A DNA stretch of 64,000 nucleotides from Eledone cirrhosa (Eukaryota), in the NCBI GenBank assembly GCA_964016885.1, contig OZ024741.1, forward strand, positions 744,001-808,000, read 5' to 3'. The notes beneath the pieces are model-generated. The model was not told the DNA's origin and did not search any database. It saw nothing but the letters and a program-made list of their open reading frames with translations. Position 1 is the stretch's first letter; each line of letters starts with the position of its first letter. Position numbers and translations under genes: made by a program. This document shows positions 11,968-25,605 of the stretch, piece by piece.

Positions 11968-14190
11968 ACGTATATATATTTATTTTAAGAAACCTTAATG
12001 ACAAATAATATAAAGTGTTTGTAAAGTGGGGAAGAGTAGTTTTACGGTGGGGTTGTTATATAGATATCGTTTTTGCAGTGGGGTCGTGACTGGCGTATAA
12101 TAATGAGTCACTGTTGATGTATATACAAATCATGTTTTAGATATAAGTGAAGTTATTTAAGAGATTTAGTTGTTTTGTATACATTCATAACGGTACGCGA
12201 TGGGACCCACCCACAGCCCCGGCGGACAGAATGGAGAAGGCGTTTCCCCGGAGCACGGCAAGGGAGACGCGCTGGAAAAGCCACTCCAACTCGCGGGGCT
12301 CACACCTGCGGCTGGCCAGCTCAGCGCCTATGGTGGTGGTGAGTAAGGAGGTAGCCCTGGGGCCGAGGACACCAGAAGTCTCCACTTCCAGGGGTACGAC
12401 CGCAAACCTGTCGGAGAGTGAACGATATGTGAGGAGTTTGGCCCCCTCAGCCTGACGTGCAGCAGAACCTGGGCCAGTCGCAGACTGCACCAGGTTGCGG
12501 CTGCAGAAAGTGTCGGTGCAAGTGGCATCCCAGACGAGGGGTTTGCCACCGCGGAACGGGAAGATGGTCATGCCATCTAGCCTTTTGCCGTCCCCTCGAG
12601 CTGGGAAGGGAAGCCTGCAGCGTTCAAGCCATGCTTAATGACTTCGTTGAGGGCAGCATGGCGTGGATTGCGGCTGGCACTGTGGCGACAGGAAAGCTGG
12701 TGGAGGCCGAAAGAGTCCATGGTGGAACGGCAGCGACAGTGGTGTGAGGCCGAGTCTCAGGGAAACGCCGATGCGCAAGCTATTGTTGTCTAGCTGCGTG
12801 CGAGTGGAGAAGGAGGGCAGGGCATGGAGCCAGGCCCCACTGTGGGGTTTGGAGGCTGCACGAAAACAAACAAGGCGGTGCTGGTCGAGCTGGCGCGTGA
12901 GCCTGTCTGAGGCCAGGCTGCACTGGATGGCATCCCAAGTGTGTTGGGGGGGACTTGACGTCAACAGGGGGAGAAGGAGGAGGAACGTCTACTGGGCTAA
13001 GTCCCAGCCGGTCCCACGTCTCACAGGCGGCCACGCGTTCTCTGAACACAGAGGGTTCTGTTGTGTTTTGAAGAACCCTGCTGAGGAGGACGTGGTACGA
13101 GGTTACCGACGAAAGATATGCCGGCAAAGCTAGTGAGATCGGGGACTGGAGGCGAAGGCCGCCATACCTGACAGGTAAAGTTGCATATCTCATCGGCTGC
13201 TGCTCGGATACAAGTTTAGGTGTAGCACAGAGTGTATAGAGGAGCTTCGGCATGGCGTAGCAGTTCCTCAGCAGAAAGAGAACTGGGTGGCCATCAATCA
13301 AGCCCAGTCGGCTCGTGAGAGTCTGGACTTGATGGAGGAGCGGATAGCCGGCGGGTGGATCGGTGAGGGCATCCTCTTTGGGGGTCACCTGAACCTGGCG
13401 GAGAATGGACCGCACGTCCAAGACGGAGACTGCAAAGCTTGCAGCATCGAGGCTGACATTCACCACCTCCGACTTGGCTGAGTTGACCTGGAGGTCGATT
13501 CCCGCCAGGGCAGGAACCACCGATTGAAGGTCATGGCAGACCGTCTGTACGGGCCCACCCAAAGTAGCATCATCCAGATACCAAACGTTGAGAGGGGCCG
13601 TTATACTCCGGGCGATGTGGTCAATACCAAGGGTGAACAGGAGGGGTCCCAAAGGGTTGCCCTGTTGGATCCCAGTAGCCGAGGGTATGACCGTATCAGC
13701 AGCAAGGCGCATGCTTGGGGCTCCATATGACAGCTAGGCAGAGGGGGCTCGGCTGAGGCAGGCCTCGAGCAGATGATCCCAGCGTAAAGAGTTGAAGGCA
13801 TTCCTCATGTCAAACTTGACAATGAGGTGGCTGGAGGCCCTGGATGCCGGTTCCGAGTGTTACGGACTTGCAGATCACCTTGGCAGCCAGCCTCCGGAAG
13901 ACATTGCCCACAGCAATGGGGCGTATGCCACCCTCTTTCTTCCTGAGAGCGGTGAGGCTGGCCGAAAAAAAGAGGCCTCGAGCATAAGAGTCCAGGGCGC
14001 CATGGATGAGCCTATTGGTGAGCGCCACAATTGCACTCAGAAGGCGGCGCCCGGCCTCAGCGGAGAGGGGAGATGTCAACTCCTTGAGGAGGCCTGGTCA
14101 GAGACCATCAACATCTCCGCAGCTGCTAGCTGGGAAGGACCTGATGGCGGACATGATGTCTGCATCAGAAGCCACAAGGAGCAAGTGTGG
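11968..14190 (-). mobile_element. CRE-clade non-LTR retrotransposon remnant, copy B
   Basis: Near-identical to 1145-3435 including shared lesions; ORFs 13810..14079, 12780..13712, 12185..12571. Confidence 0.85.
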
Positions 14191-14832
14191 ATTACAATAC
14201 AAAACCTCTGAGAATGATTTCTAAGATATTTCACCATAATTAATTTTCATCAATATATATTAATATTATTATTGTTTATTAGGTCAGGTGGATTGGCCAG
14301 AACAATTCTACTCTTCTTTTTTAGATGTCACGATTTTTCATAGCATTCCTGAGATCATTAATCTCTAGCTGGAGATCCAGAGACATCTGATGTATGTAGG
14401 TGAACCTCAGTCATCCCACTTGGGTCTTACTATGTTTAGGTATCCACCACAGGAGCCAGCTCATCAGGTCATCCTACCCTCAGCAGCAATGTCCAGCATC
14501 TATTGACTTCCGCTCCCTAGTTATTGTGGTAATCTTCGATATCTGGGAATATATTTCTTCTGCTTAAGGGAGTAATAAATATATAGTTTTAAAAAAAACA
14601 TATATATACACACACATATATATATGTTGTCATTTATAAGAGTTCTCTATCAAAAGCCTTCTCTATGTCCAAAGCTAAGTATAGTGGCTTATTTTTCTCT
14701 AAGAACCTCTTTTGTAGTTGTCTCACTAAGAAGAGGGCATCTGTTGCACTTTTCAGCGGCACAAAACCAAGCTGCATCTCATACACATACATACATATAC
14801 ATACATACATACATATACACATACATACATAC

Positions 14833-15190
14833 ATCATCATCATCATCATCATCATCATCATTTCGTTTTAAGTCCGCTTTTTCCCTGCTTGCAAGGGTGG
14901 GACGGGAACTGATTCTGGCTTGATTTCTACAGCTGGATGCCCTTCCTAACACCAACCTCATTTACAGTGAGTGCTGGGTGCTTTTTTGCCGTGGCACCTC
15001 CACGACCACTTTGCAGTGGAATGATATGGACCCTAGTCCCTATCATCTCATTTCTACAGCTGAGTAAACTGGAGCAATGTGAAATAAAGTGTTTTGCTCA
15101 AGGAAACAACACATCACCCGGTCTGAGAGTTGAACTCACAATCTTTCGATTGCCAGGCCAATGCTCTAACCACTAAGCAATGTGCCTCCA
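14833..15190 (-). mobile_element. tRNA-derived SINE with CORE-like central domain and RTE-type 3' tail
   Basis: Reverse strand: GGAGGCACATTGCTTAGTGGTTAGAGC...GAGTTCAACTC head; CCTTGAGCAAAACACTTTATTTCACATTGCTCCAGTTTACTCAGCTGTAGAAATGAG (resembles the MIR/CORE domain, from memory); tail shared with RTE 3' UTR and (ATG)n. Confidence 0.8.
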
Positions 15191-15923
15191 TATACATATA
15201 CATACACATACATACATACATACACACACATACATACATACATACACATATACATACACATATACATACATATACATACATACATATATATATACATATA
15301 CATACATACGCATACATAAGCATATACACAAGTATATATACATATACATACATACATATACATACATACATACACACACACATACATACACACACACACA
15401 TATATACACATACATACATATATACACATACATACATATATACACATACATACATATATACACATACATACATATATACACATACATATATATATACACA
15501 TACATATATATATACACATACATATATATATACACATACATATATATATACACATACATATATACACACACATACATATATACATACACACATACATATA
15601 TACATACACACATACATATTTACATACACACACATATATATATACATACATACATACACACATATATATATACATACATACACACATATTCATACATACA
15701 CACATATACATACATACACACATACATACATACACACATACATACATACACACATATATACATATGCATATACACATATATACACATACATATATATACA
15801 TATACATACATACATACACATACATACATACATACACATACATGCATATACATACATGCATATACATACATACATACACATACATGCATATACATACATA
15901 CACACACATACGTACACATACAT
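15190..15923. repeat. Compound (TACA)/(CA)/(TA) microsatellite
   Basis: Low-complexity tandem sequence; source of spurious long ORFs. Confidence 0.95.
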
Positions 15924-16009
15924 AAAGACAAATTCACCTCATGGACGAGAATGCAAGGGCTCCTCTTTGTTTCGGATGGCTAACATAACCCCATCAGAAA
16001 AAGCCCCCA

Positions 16010-16260
16010 TCAGCCAGTTTATTCTACTTGTGGCTTGTTCTCCTGCTCAGGCAGTAAAACGATGTGCTTGATTAGCATTTCGTCTGATTTGCTGTTGTTC
16101 CTTAATTTGTTGTTCTCGAGTAGCAGTAGTCCTTTGTTCCCTTTCATCCAAACTGTGTGCTCTTGGTAAAGCCGTTTGGGCTCTGTTAGCAGCTAGACGG
16201 GCATGCCAAACTTCTTCACTTTCTTCAAATCGCTGTATTTTCTTTCTCTTAGCCCTGAAG
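16010..16260 (-). mobile_element. Probable Helitron RepHel N-terminal repeat fragment
   Basis: RFEESEEVWHARLAANRAQTALPRAHSLDEREQR..RRNANQAHR resembles charged N-terminal repeats of animal Helitron proteins. Confidence 0.45.
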
Positions 16261-16388
16261 ATGACCTTCCATATAATGATCTGGAAGGTTACCGGTATGA
16301 CAAAAGGCTCAATGCAAGTTTTCAAGTGTTTTACAGAACCGAGATACAAAGTGTTAAAATGATCAAATTTTACTTTAGAACATTTATT

Positions 16389-16435
16389 TGCTGACAATTG
16401 TTTCTTCCAGAGGGAAGTCTGGAATCATCGGAGCA
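16389..16435 (-). ncRNA. Type I hammerhead ribozyme (CCGAUGA core variant, palindromic stem III)
   Basis: Minus strand: TGCT CCGATGA TTCCAGA-CTTCCC-TCTGGAA GAAA CAATTG TC^AGCA; stem I TGCT/AGCA, 7-bp stem II, GUC triplet. Confidence 0.75.
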
Positions 16436-16621
16436 TAAGGAATGTTGAAACATTGCTTATAACTTTTATGCCTGTGATTTTTTTGCTTGTGCTTTTTACT
16501 TATACCTATTACACTTCCAACCAGTGCTGCCTGTAATTGTGTTCTTTCAAGCAGAACATCTTTTTAACTCCTGATTCTCCACATGATGCCTTTGACACTA
16601 ATAACAATTATGTATCTTAAA

Positions 16622-16676
16622 TGTTCTGAATGATAGGATTTTAGTAACATGTTTCTGGAAGAAACAATTGTCAGCA
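16622..16676 (+). ncRNA. Degenerate type I hammerhead, inverted partner of 16389-16435
   Basis: TGTT CTGAATGA ...TCTGGAA GAAA CAATTG TC^AGCA; one-base insertion in the core, eroded stem II. Confidence 0.5.
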
Positions 16677-16716
16677 AATAAATGTTCTAAACTAAAATTT
16701 GATCGTTTTAACACTT

Positions 16717-16778
<62 letters not shown>

Positions 16779-16794
16779 AATATGTATATATATA

Positions 16795-18250
16795 CTCTTT
16801 TTACCTGTTCCAGCCATCCGGCTGAGGCTATGCTGGGGCACCGCCCTTGTTGCTACACATTTAATCTCCAGCCTGTATTGGTTGACCACTGGTGCAACAG
16901 GGAGTTCATTGCTGCTGCCCTTAGGTTTCCCTCGTGCCTTGCTGTGGGCTCATCTAGGATCTTGTATAGCAAGGTGTCGACATGTTTCTTGAAGACATCC
17001 ACAACATGCAGATCTCTCAGATCCCTTGGCAGCTTGTTGAAGAGTTGAGGGTCCTTGAACCCCAGACTTTTGCAATATCTGCTCCTTATTCTAGATATGG
17101 AAGACGGGATCTTTGGCACCACACAATGACGTCCTGTTCGGCAGTTGGTCCAGCTGCCAATGCCAAAGTTTGGTGCTAGTCCCTCCAGGATTTTCCACAT
17201 GTAGATCACTGCGTATCTCTCCCGTCTTCATTCCAAGGAGTAGAGGTTCAGTTCTTTTAGCCTCGCCCAGTAGCTTATCTCCTTCATAGTCACAATCTTC
17301 TTGGTGTAGCTTCGCTGGATTGCCTCAAGCTCCGTGGTTAGTTTGACACTATGGGGTGACCACAACTGGGAGCAATAGTCCAGGCGGCTTAGGACAAATG
17401 TCCTCCATAGTGTCAACATGGTGTCTCGGTCTCTTGTCCGGAAAGTCTTCAAGATCCAGCCAGCGAGTCGTCTGCACATTGTCGCCACTTTCATGATGTG
17501 AGAGGAAAAAGATGCATCATCGCTCATGTCTATACCCAAGTCTCATATCGATTTTTACCCAGGGATATCGGTCATATCGGTCCCTCCTGGTCCGGTGTAA
17601 CTGTGTTGTACTGTATTTGTGTTTGCAGGAATTGCGTAGCGCTTGGAATTTTCCAGCATTAAACTGCATGTTGTTGTCTTCTGCCCATTTGTATATGGCA
17701 TACAGCCCTTGTTGTAAAAGGGCAGAGAAAGCCGGGTTTTTGATTGCCTGTGCTACCTTAGTGTCATCAGCATAGCTAGTGAGGGATGTTGTTGTATGTA
17801 CTACAGAGGGTATGTCTGAGAGAGCCACCAAAAACAGTAGTGGTCCCAGGACTGTGCCTTGGGGAACCCCACTTGTTATTGATAATTCCTTTGAGAGGGC
17901 CCCCGTTTGCTGCGACTGTCTGGCTTCTTTCCTTTAAGAAGTCGTGCAGCCACTCACCTACTTTTCTAGTTATGGTGAGTCCGTGTAGTTTGTGACATAT
18001 CATTCCGTGGTCGACTTTGTCAAAGGCCTTCGCAAAGTCCAGATATATCATGTCCACATGTGAGCTGTCAAGCAGTTGTTTCAGTACCCAGTCTTAATGA
18101 TGTAGCAGCTGTGTAAGGCAGCTTCTTCCTGGGTGAAAGCCATGCTGTGTGTTAGTCAGGCAGTCATTTTCCTCGAGGAAAGTGATCAGTTTCTTTCTGA
18201 CGATTCGCTCCATGACCTTACTGATATGTGACGTCAGGGAGACTGGCCTA
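16795..18250 (-). mobile_element. CR1-group LINE, 5'-truncated, decayed
   Basis: DMIYLDFAKAFDKVDH, SYADDTK, VLSRLDYCSQLWSP, LKELNLYSLE, IYMWKILEG; similar 3' tail recurs at ~54952-55010. Confidence 0.85.
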
Positions 18251-18254
18251 TGTT

Positions 18255-18592
18255 GTTTGGCTTCCGCTCTGCTACCTCCTATATGGATAGGGCACTTGTG
18301 AATGCAAGCTCACCTTTATCATTCTGGAAACACTTCTCTCCAATGACATCACAATTCTCTCTGACACACTGCCTCGTAATCTGGAACACCTCCTGTTTCT
18401 GTTCCTCGTGTTGCAAAACATGCTTGAATTTCCTATCCTCTACCTCCCTTCTAGCTAAGTATACTTGTCGCCTAGCTTCCCTCCTGGTCTCTATGTAATG
18501 TGCCCTGTTCTTCCATTCTTTCCATGCCTGTCGCTTAACCTTAACTGCCTCATCTACCATATTGTTCCACCACCAAGTCACTCTCCTCCTCC
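18255..18592 (-). mobile_element. RTE fragment (EN-RT linker)
   Basis: TWWWNNMVDEAVKVKRQAWKEWK..ARRQVYLARRE; duplicated at 63240-63575. Confidence 0.85.
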
Positions 18593-18664
18593 CTGTATAT
18601 ATCTTTTTATCATTATCCTTTTCTCAAATATAGACAAATTACGACACACACACACAAATATTAT

Positions 18665-19240
18665 GCATGGATATGTTACCTGGAAGCTGGAGAGTGAGAA
18701 TAATATAGAGGATAAAAGTCTATCTTCAGCAACAAGTGCTATATTGTCTCCCATGTTGAAAGATTATTTTACAATATAAGAACTTGAAACTAAGACTAAC
18801 TGAGTCACAGAATAGATAGGGATGTACACAAAAGACCTAGATGTGAAAAGAAGTGGAAATTGTGCAGATTGAACATTGAAGATGTGACCGATGTGAAGAA
18901 GCTGTGGAAAGATGTGGCGAAAAGTGTGAAGAATGCAATCCCTAGAAAGGTCATCCCCGAGAGTAAACATTGGGAGTTACAGCAAACGTTTTAAGACATA
19001 GAAAGAGTAGTTGTGGATTGTTCCGGTGAAAAGCAATGAATCGGAAGCATAACAGACGACGCCCAGCAGTTGGAGTTCGCTGCCAAGCAGATACCAATAT
19101 AATATTATATATTAGGGAATCAGATAGTTTGTCTTTATTTCCTGTTGTTTTATTGCAAAAGCGTATCCTTGAAAGTGAGAGACAATATAGCGTTTGTTGG
19201 TGAAGATAATATAATTTGTTTATCTATATTACTCTCTATG
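18665..19240 (+). mobile_element. Heavily decayed R4/Dong-like LINE C-terminal fragment
   Basis: MHGYVTWKLE..., ..QELETK-like, KWKLCRLNIEDVTDV..DVAK; aligns by eye with better-preserved copy at 51.4-52.1 kb; paralogous copies at 60415-60920 and 63645-64000. Confidence 0.6.
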
Positions 19241-19534
19241 CAGAAATAAGGAAACATTTGCACATGGTCGACCCTGACTATACGTTCATATTAGTTGTGA
19301 AGCTTTGCTTTAGAGAAATAGAAAGAAGACGACTATATTTGTAATTCGAAGTATAATCGATGTAAGTATGATAAAAAATATTTGAAACATTGGAGATGAT
19401 GTGCATCTAAATACTAAGCATATACAGATGCACACATAAGTGAAAAGGAACACAAGCGCACACAAATAGATGGATAGCTGCACACACATGCATACATATC
19501 TACCTAGTTGATGTTTAAATTTCAACAAGTCTTA

Positions 19535-21130
19535 TCTTCATCACTTTACGTCCGCTTTTCCTTGCTTGCAAGGGTGGGACGAACCTATTGAGCACAGTAT
19601 CTCTCCACTTGTCACGGTCCTTCGTCATCTCCTCATTGAGCTTTAGAGATTTGAGGTCTGCTCACACCAGCTCCGCCCGTATTTTTCGTGGTCTTCCTCT
19701 ACTGCGTTGTCCTTCTACTGGGATTTCTTGGCACTTCTTTACCTAGGTGTCATCCTCCATGCGCATCACATGTCTATACCAACATAGTCTTCTCTCCTGC
19801 ACACTACAACTTATCCCAGTTAAACAGTTTCTCCCTGAAGTCCTCCATGCCTAGTCGTTCATTTCTCTCCAGCCATCGCATATCCTTTCTCTGCAGTTGC
19901 TGCCCAAGTCTCACTATCATGCAGCATCGCGCATCTCACACAGTCATCATATAACCATCCTTTCGTACGCAGGGAGAAATCCTTCTTTGTCAACAGAGGA
20001 AGCAGCTCCCTAAATTTCTTCCGACCTGTCCTTATTCTAGATATTATGGTCTCGGAACACCCCTCCCATTCTAATCAGATCACCTAGGTAGCGGAAGCTA
20101 TCACCCACTTCTTTAGAACCCACCTTCATGTGGTAAATGTGTCTATCACTGCGTCTTCTACTGTCAAGTTCTGTACAACTACTGCATACGTATTTCTCTC
20201 TACTTGTTAGTTTGCCTGCTATCCCACTACATCTCTTGTGTACCCAGGATCTGCATTGTGTACATTTTATAGAATTTATCCCAACTCCTTTTCTACATAT
20301 TGAACATGACCATTTCCCTGATGGAATCAGAGTTTTGTCCTCTTCTCTACTTATCAATACTTTTGTCTTAGCTAGGTTCACTCTCAGTCCTCTTGATTCC
20401 AACTGATTTTTCCATAGACAGAATTTCTTCTCTAGTTCCTCTACTGAATCTGCTATAAGTACCAGATCGTCAGCCTAGAGAAGTTCCCATGGGCAGTCAG
20501 TCTTAAACTCGTGTTATGGCTTGGAGAATTATAATGAACAAGATCGGGCTGAGGACAGAGCCCTGATGCACTCCTGCTTGTATCTGGAATTCCTCATTAA
20601 ACTCCATTACTTCTCTCACTTTACTGACAGAACCTCTGTACTTAGCTTGCACTGTCCTCACAAGCCATTCCTCTACACCTATTTTCCTTAGAGACCACCA
20701 GATGACAGATCGTGGTACACTATCAAAGACCTCCTCTAAGTCATCAAAAGCTAAGTATAGTGGCTTATTCTTCTCTAAGAACCTCTCTTGTAGTTGTATC
20801 ACTAAGAAGAGGGCATCTGTTGTACTTTTCCCAGGCATAAAACCAAACTGCATCTCATTTAGTTTGGCCCTTTCTCTAATTAGTTGCAATAGTATTCTTT
20901 CTGTCACTTTCATAACCGGATCCATCAGTTTGATGCCCCTATAATTGCTCATTTCCAGAGCATCCCTTTCTACCTTTGTCGCAATTTATAAGAATACTGC
21001 TGCACCAGTCTTTGGGTATGACTCAGCCATATATATAACTTGATTGACGATGCGTGCAACCAGTTTAGTAGCTACTTTTGATGCCCTAACCCTATATTCG
21101 TCTTTGTGAATAGCTGGTCCCTCTATCGGA
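19535..21130 (-). mobile_element. RTE LINE 3' half, decayed
   Basis: ORFs 20503..20952 and 20037..20402 with RT motifs; 3' tail CCCTTGCAAGCAAGGAAAAGCGGACGTAAA. Confidence 0.9.
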
Positions 21131-22311
21131 TAATAATTTGTGAAAAAATGAAAGAAGAAAACACACACATACACTCTCTCACTCACATGAACAGACATTG
21201 AGCACTAAATATCTATTTGTTTTTAATATATAATTTCAATAATAATTAATTGCTAAGATGGATTACATTGCCACCGGTTATATTTTATATATTTCCTAAA
21301 ACTCGTTTGTTTAAAAAGCTTAATTTTTTTTTCTCTTTACTCTGACATTTTGACTTGTAGCTCTAAGTTGAGCTAGATTGCCAGCGTTGAAATAGTTGCG
21401 CTTTAGTTTTGATGTGGGGGTATAGTATATTGTCATGTATGTATATACTTATGTGTACATATATCTATATATGTATGTATGTATACACGTGTATGTATAT
21501 CTATATGTATATCTACATATATATATATATGTTATTGTGTATAGTGTTTGTGTGTTTACATAAGACTACAAATCTGTTTATGCAGCATTCCAATTAGCAA
21601 ACGGAAATTACTCTACAATATTTTAATAAAATTATTGGAGTTGTTTCCCTTTTATCCGGAAATGTTGTCGTTTGATAAAACTGTCATTGAATTTATGCCT
21701 TGTTAAGGCTGGTTCGGTCTCAATCAGTGCTAATTGTATGCTGTTAAAAGAAAGATATTTCATGTGACATAATTACTGCAACAGGTTAGGTATTTTCAAG
21801 GTTTGGGGTTGTATTTTATTGTTTAAATATGATTGTCACTTAGATAAGACAGGATTCATCAATTTGTAGAAGAATTGATAGGGTTAAGTTTTAATTTTTG
21901 GGTGTGTATATATGAAACTGAATAGCTATTTATATACATGATCTGTTGATTCTCTATCCTTCTTTCTCATAAATATAGACATAGAAATTACGATATACAA
22001 GTACACACATACATGCATACACTCACACACACACATATATTTCACATTGTTCTGATCAAAATATTTAATTTCTTCACAGAATAATAAATCATGTTTTAGT
22101 TTTTGCTGGTGTTGTTTGGATTGGCGGTGTTGTTGTGAGTGGTGGCGGTGTTTGTGTTGTTGTTGTTACACATACACACACATACCCACACTGACTGGCA
22201 AAACTTCTTTCATCTCAATGAAATTTCCGCCCAAACAACTACTACCACCTCCATCCCCACCACCAGGTTCACAATTATACACACACACACAGATTCATAC
22301 ATACACACATG

Positions 22312-22738
22312 TGTGAGATGGTAGTGAGACATGGGCAGCAACTGCAGAAGATATGCGACGGCTAGAGAGAAATGAAGCAAGCATGCTCCATTGGATGTGC
22401 AATGCCAAAGTGCGTGAACGACCAAGCATAGACGAGTTGAGAAAGAAACTGGGTATAAGAGGGATAAGTTGTGGTGTGCAGGAGAGAAGGCTGAGATGGT
22501 ATGGACATGTGATGCGAATGTAGGATGACCGCCGGCTAAAGAAGTGCCAAGAAATCCCAGTAGAAGGAAGACGCAGTAGAGGTAGACCACGAAAAACATG
22601 GGCGGAGGTGGTGAGAGCAGACCTCAAATCTCACCGAGGAGATGACGAAGGACCGTGACAAGTGGAGAGATGCTGTGCTGAATAGGACCCGTCCAACCCT
22701 TGCAAGCAGGGAAAAGCGGACGTAAAATGATGATGATA
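22312..22738 (+). mobile_element. RTE 3' end fragment
   Basis: GSETWAATAEDMRRLERNEASMLHWMC..RLRWYGHVMR..RGRPRKTW; (GAT)n tail. Confidence 0.9.
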
Positions 22739-23079
22739 TTAGTGGGTGTGTGTTCATAATCACTCACGGCAAGTCAAATGGCTGCAGGTCAGTCAGATTT
22801 ATATTTAATTTATTTCTTAAAAAATAAAATTTGTTTAATTTATTTCTTAAAAAAAAGTTCAATTTAATTTTTTTCTTAAAAAATAAAAAGTTTAATTTCA
22901 TTTATTTCTTAAAAAAAAAATTAAATATAATTAATTTCTTCAAAAAAAAGCTTTGTTAAATTTATTTTTACGTTTTGTATTGGGGAAAAATTTTCCATTT
23001 AATTAATTTCATCATTTTGTTGTATATACACACATGCATATATACAATTGTTATATATATATATATGAAATGTCATATA

Positions 23080-23290
23080 AGGTGGGAGTTATTAGAATAC
23101 TTTGCAGTATTCCTTTTTGTTCTATGCTCTCTGAGTTGAAATCCCGCCGAGGTCAATTCTGCCTTTCATCCCTTGGAAGTTGATAAAAAAAGTACCAGTG
23201 AAATACTGATGTGAATTCTTCCTCTCTTTATTTTTCTCACTTTATCTTTTTATGAATAAAAGTACCAGTCAAATACTGGGTTCCTCTCTT
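23080..23290 (+). mobile_element. Degenerate SINE of the 30586 family
   Basis: CTGAGTTGAAATCCCGCCGAGGTCAATTCTGCCTTTCATCC...AAGTACCAG; paralogous copy at ~56300-56505. Confidence 0.6.
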
Positions 23291-23676
23291 CTCTGTGTTT
23301 CCTCTCTTCCCTGTCTATCTTTCTGGAAGAATTTGCTATTTTTAGAACTGGAGGGGGTGGGATTTGTTAGGGATTAAGGTTAGAAAATGAAAGATATATA
23401 TGTATATATATGTATAATATGTGTGTTGATGAAATTATGTTGGTGTTGGTGGTGGTAAAAATTGTTTTGCAAGATTTATCTGGAAAAATCTGTTGAATTA
23501 TATTGTTTTGTTTTCACTTTGATTTATTATATAATTATGGTTGGTTGGTTGTCTCTCTCGTGGTTACTGGTATTGTCTCTCTGTTCTCTCGTTTGACAAA
23601 CGACTTTATAAAAGCTGACTCAATATTGTTCAATGTTTTACTGCTACTTTAAGAGACGGGTGGGCAAAGGGGGACA

Positions 23677-25275
23677 ATAATATCTGCTTACACACCCCAA
23701 TGTGGACTGCCTGGCGTTATTAAAGACAGATTCTATGAGTCGCTAATGCTCACTACCTCCCAACTAACCGACAGTGACAACATAATTGTTGCCGACCTAA
23801 ATGGTCATGTTGGACAACATTGTGATAGCTATGATGGAATCCATGGTGGCTACAGGTTTGGTACCAGAAATGAGGAAGGCTTTAGAATCCTGGAATTCTG
23901 TAACTCTAATAACCTAACTATCTGTAACACAAACTTTAAAAACCAGACAATCACTTGATCACCTATAGATCAGGGGAACATGCCAGTCAGATAGATTATA
24001 TCCTTACCAGAAGATGTGAAAAAGTGTCTGTTGTAAACACTATTTCCCTCCCCCGTGAAGAATGCACCTCCCAACATAGCTCATAGTTAGTGACCTCATA
24101 GTCAGGACGAGACGTATTCGACAACAGAGGAGGACTACCCTGAGAAGAAGAATATGAAAGTTAAAGGACCCCACAGCCAGTAACAAATTTAAAAGCAAAT
24201 TACTTGATGCTTTTGACAGTAAAGAAGAGCAATTAGAGACATACAGTATAGAGGAACAGTGGGAATTCCTGAAAGTTAACTTGCTGAAGGCGACAGATGA
24301 AATCTGTAGCTGGAGCAGACCTATAGGCAGGAGGAGTCAATCAAGGCCAAAAAGAGAGCTTGGAAAGCATGGCGGGATGGGGGAAGCAGAGAAGCCTATC
24401 AAGTGGCCAGGAGGGAAGCTAGGAGACAAGTGTACTTTGCAAGAAGGGAAGCAGAAGAAATAAAGTTCAAGCATGTTCTACAACGTGAGGTGTTCAGGAT
24501 TGCTAGGCAATGTGTCAAGGAAAACCGTGATATTGTCGGGGAGAAGTGTGCCCGTAATGATGATGGTATACTTGTCATCACTGATACAGATAAAAAGGTA
24601 GCTTGGAAGTGTCACTATGAGAGGCTACTAAATGAGGAGAATAAGTGGGAAAAAGATAGTCTGCCCCAAAACAATCCAATAGAGGAACCAGCAGTGCAAG
24701 TTGAAGGTTGTATAATAAGTAAGGCAATCAAAGATATGGAGACAGGCAAAGCAGCTGGGCCTTCAGAGATAGTTGCTGAAATGTTGAAAGCATCTGGATC
24801 GGTGGGACATTCTATGGTCACCCGGATAGTAAACCATGTCATACAGAATGGGGTTATACCAAATGACTGGCATAATAGCATCATCATCATTAACTGCTAC
24901 AAGGGTAAAGGAGATGCCCTATATAGGGGAAACTATAGAGGCATTAAATTAATTGACCAGGTCATGAAGGTCACAGAAAGAGTTATAGCGCAATTAATAA
25001 GAGAGCGAATTGATCTAGACGAAATGCCGTTTGGGTTTGTGTCAAGTAAAAGTACCACAGACGCTCTTTTCCTTGTACGACAACTACAGGAGAAGTACCT
25101 AGCTAAAAGTAAACCCCGATACTTAGCTTTTGTTGACTTGGAGAAAGCCTTTGACAGAGTCCCCCGCTCCATTATCTGGTGGACTCTTAGAAAACTAGGT
25201 GTTGATGAATTGCTTGTCAGAGCTATACAAACCATGTATGAAGAAAAAGTCAGCAAGGTTAGAATTAACAACGAA
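23677..25275 (+). mobile_element. RTE LINE internal fragment (EN C-term to RT), truncated at SINE
   Basis: DLNGHVG..GTRNEEG..ILEFC, ORF 24403..25338; collinear with 26820-28460. Confidence 0.9.
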
Positions 25276-25605
25276 TCATCATTTTACATCCGCTTTTCCC
25301 TGCTTGCAAGGGTGGGACGGGAACTGATTCTGGCTTGATTTCTACAGCCGGATGCCCTTCCTAACACCAACCTCATTTACAGTGAGTGCTGGGTGCTTTA
25401 TTTCCGTGGCGCCTACACGTCCACTTTACAGTGGAATGATAGGGACCCCTGTCCTATCATCTCATTTCTACAGCTGAGTAAACAGGAGCAATGTGAAATA
25501 AAGTGTCTTGCTCAAGGAAACAACACATCACCCGGTGTGAGAATTGAAATCACAATCTTTTGATTGCCAGGCCAATGCTCTAACCACTAAGCCATGTGCC
25601 TCCAT
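25276..25605 (-). mobile_element. tRNA-derived CORE-like SINE with RTE tail, second full copy
   Basis: Highly similar to 14833-15190. Confidence 0.8.

Noticed and set aside
15114-16071. Long ORFs rich in Y/I/H/T or C/V/M (also 5641-6247, 25580-26408, 52600-53400, 57095-59937)
   Set aside because: Translations of stop-free microsatellites
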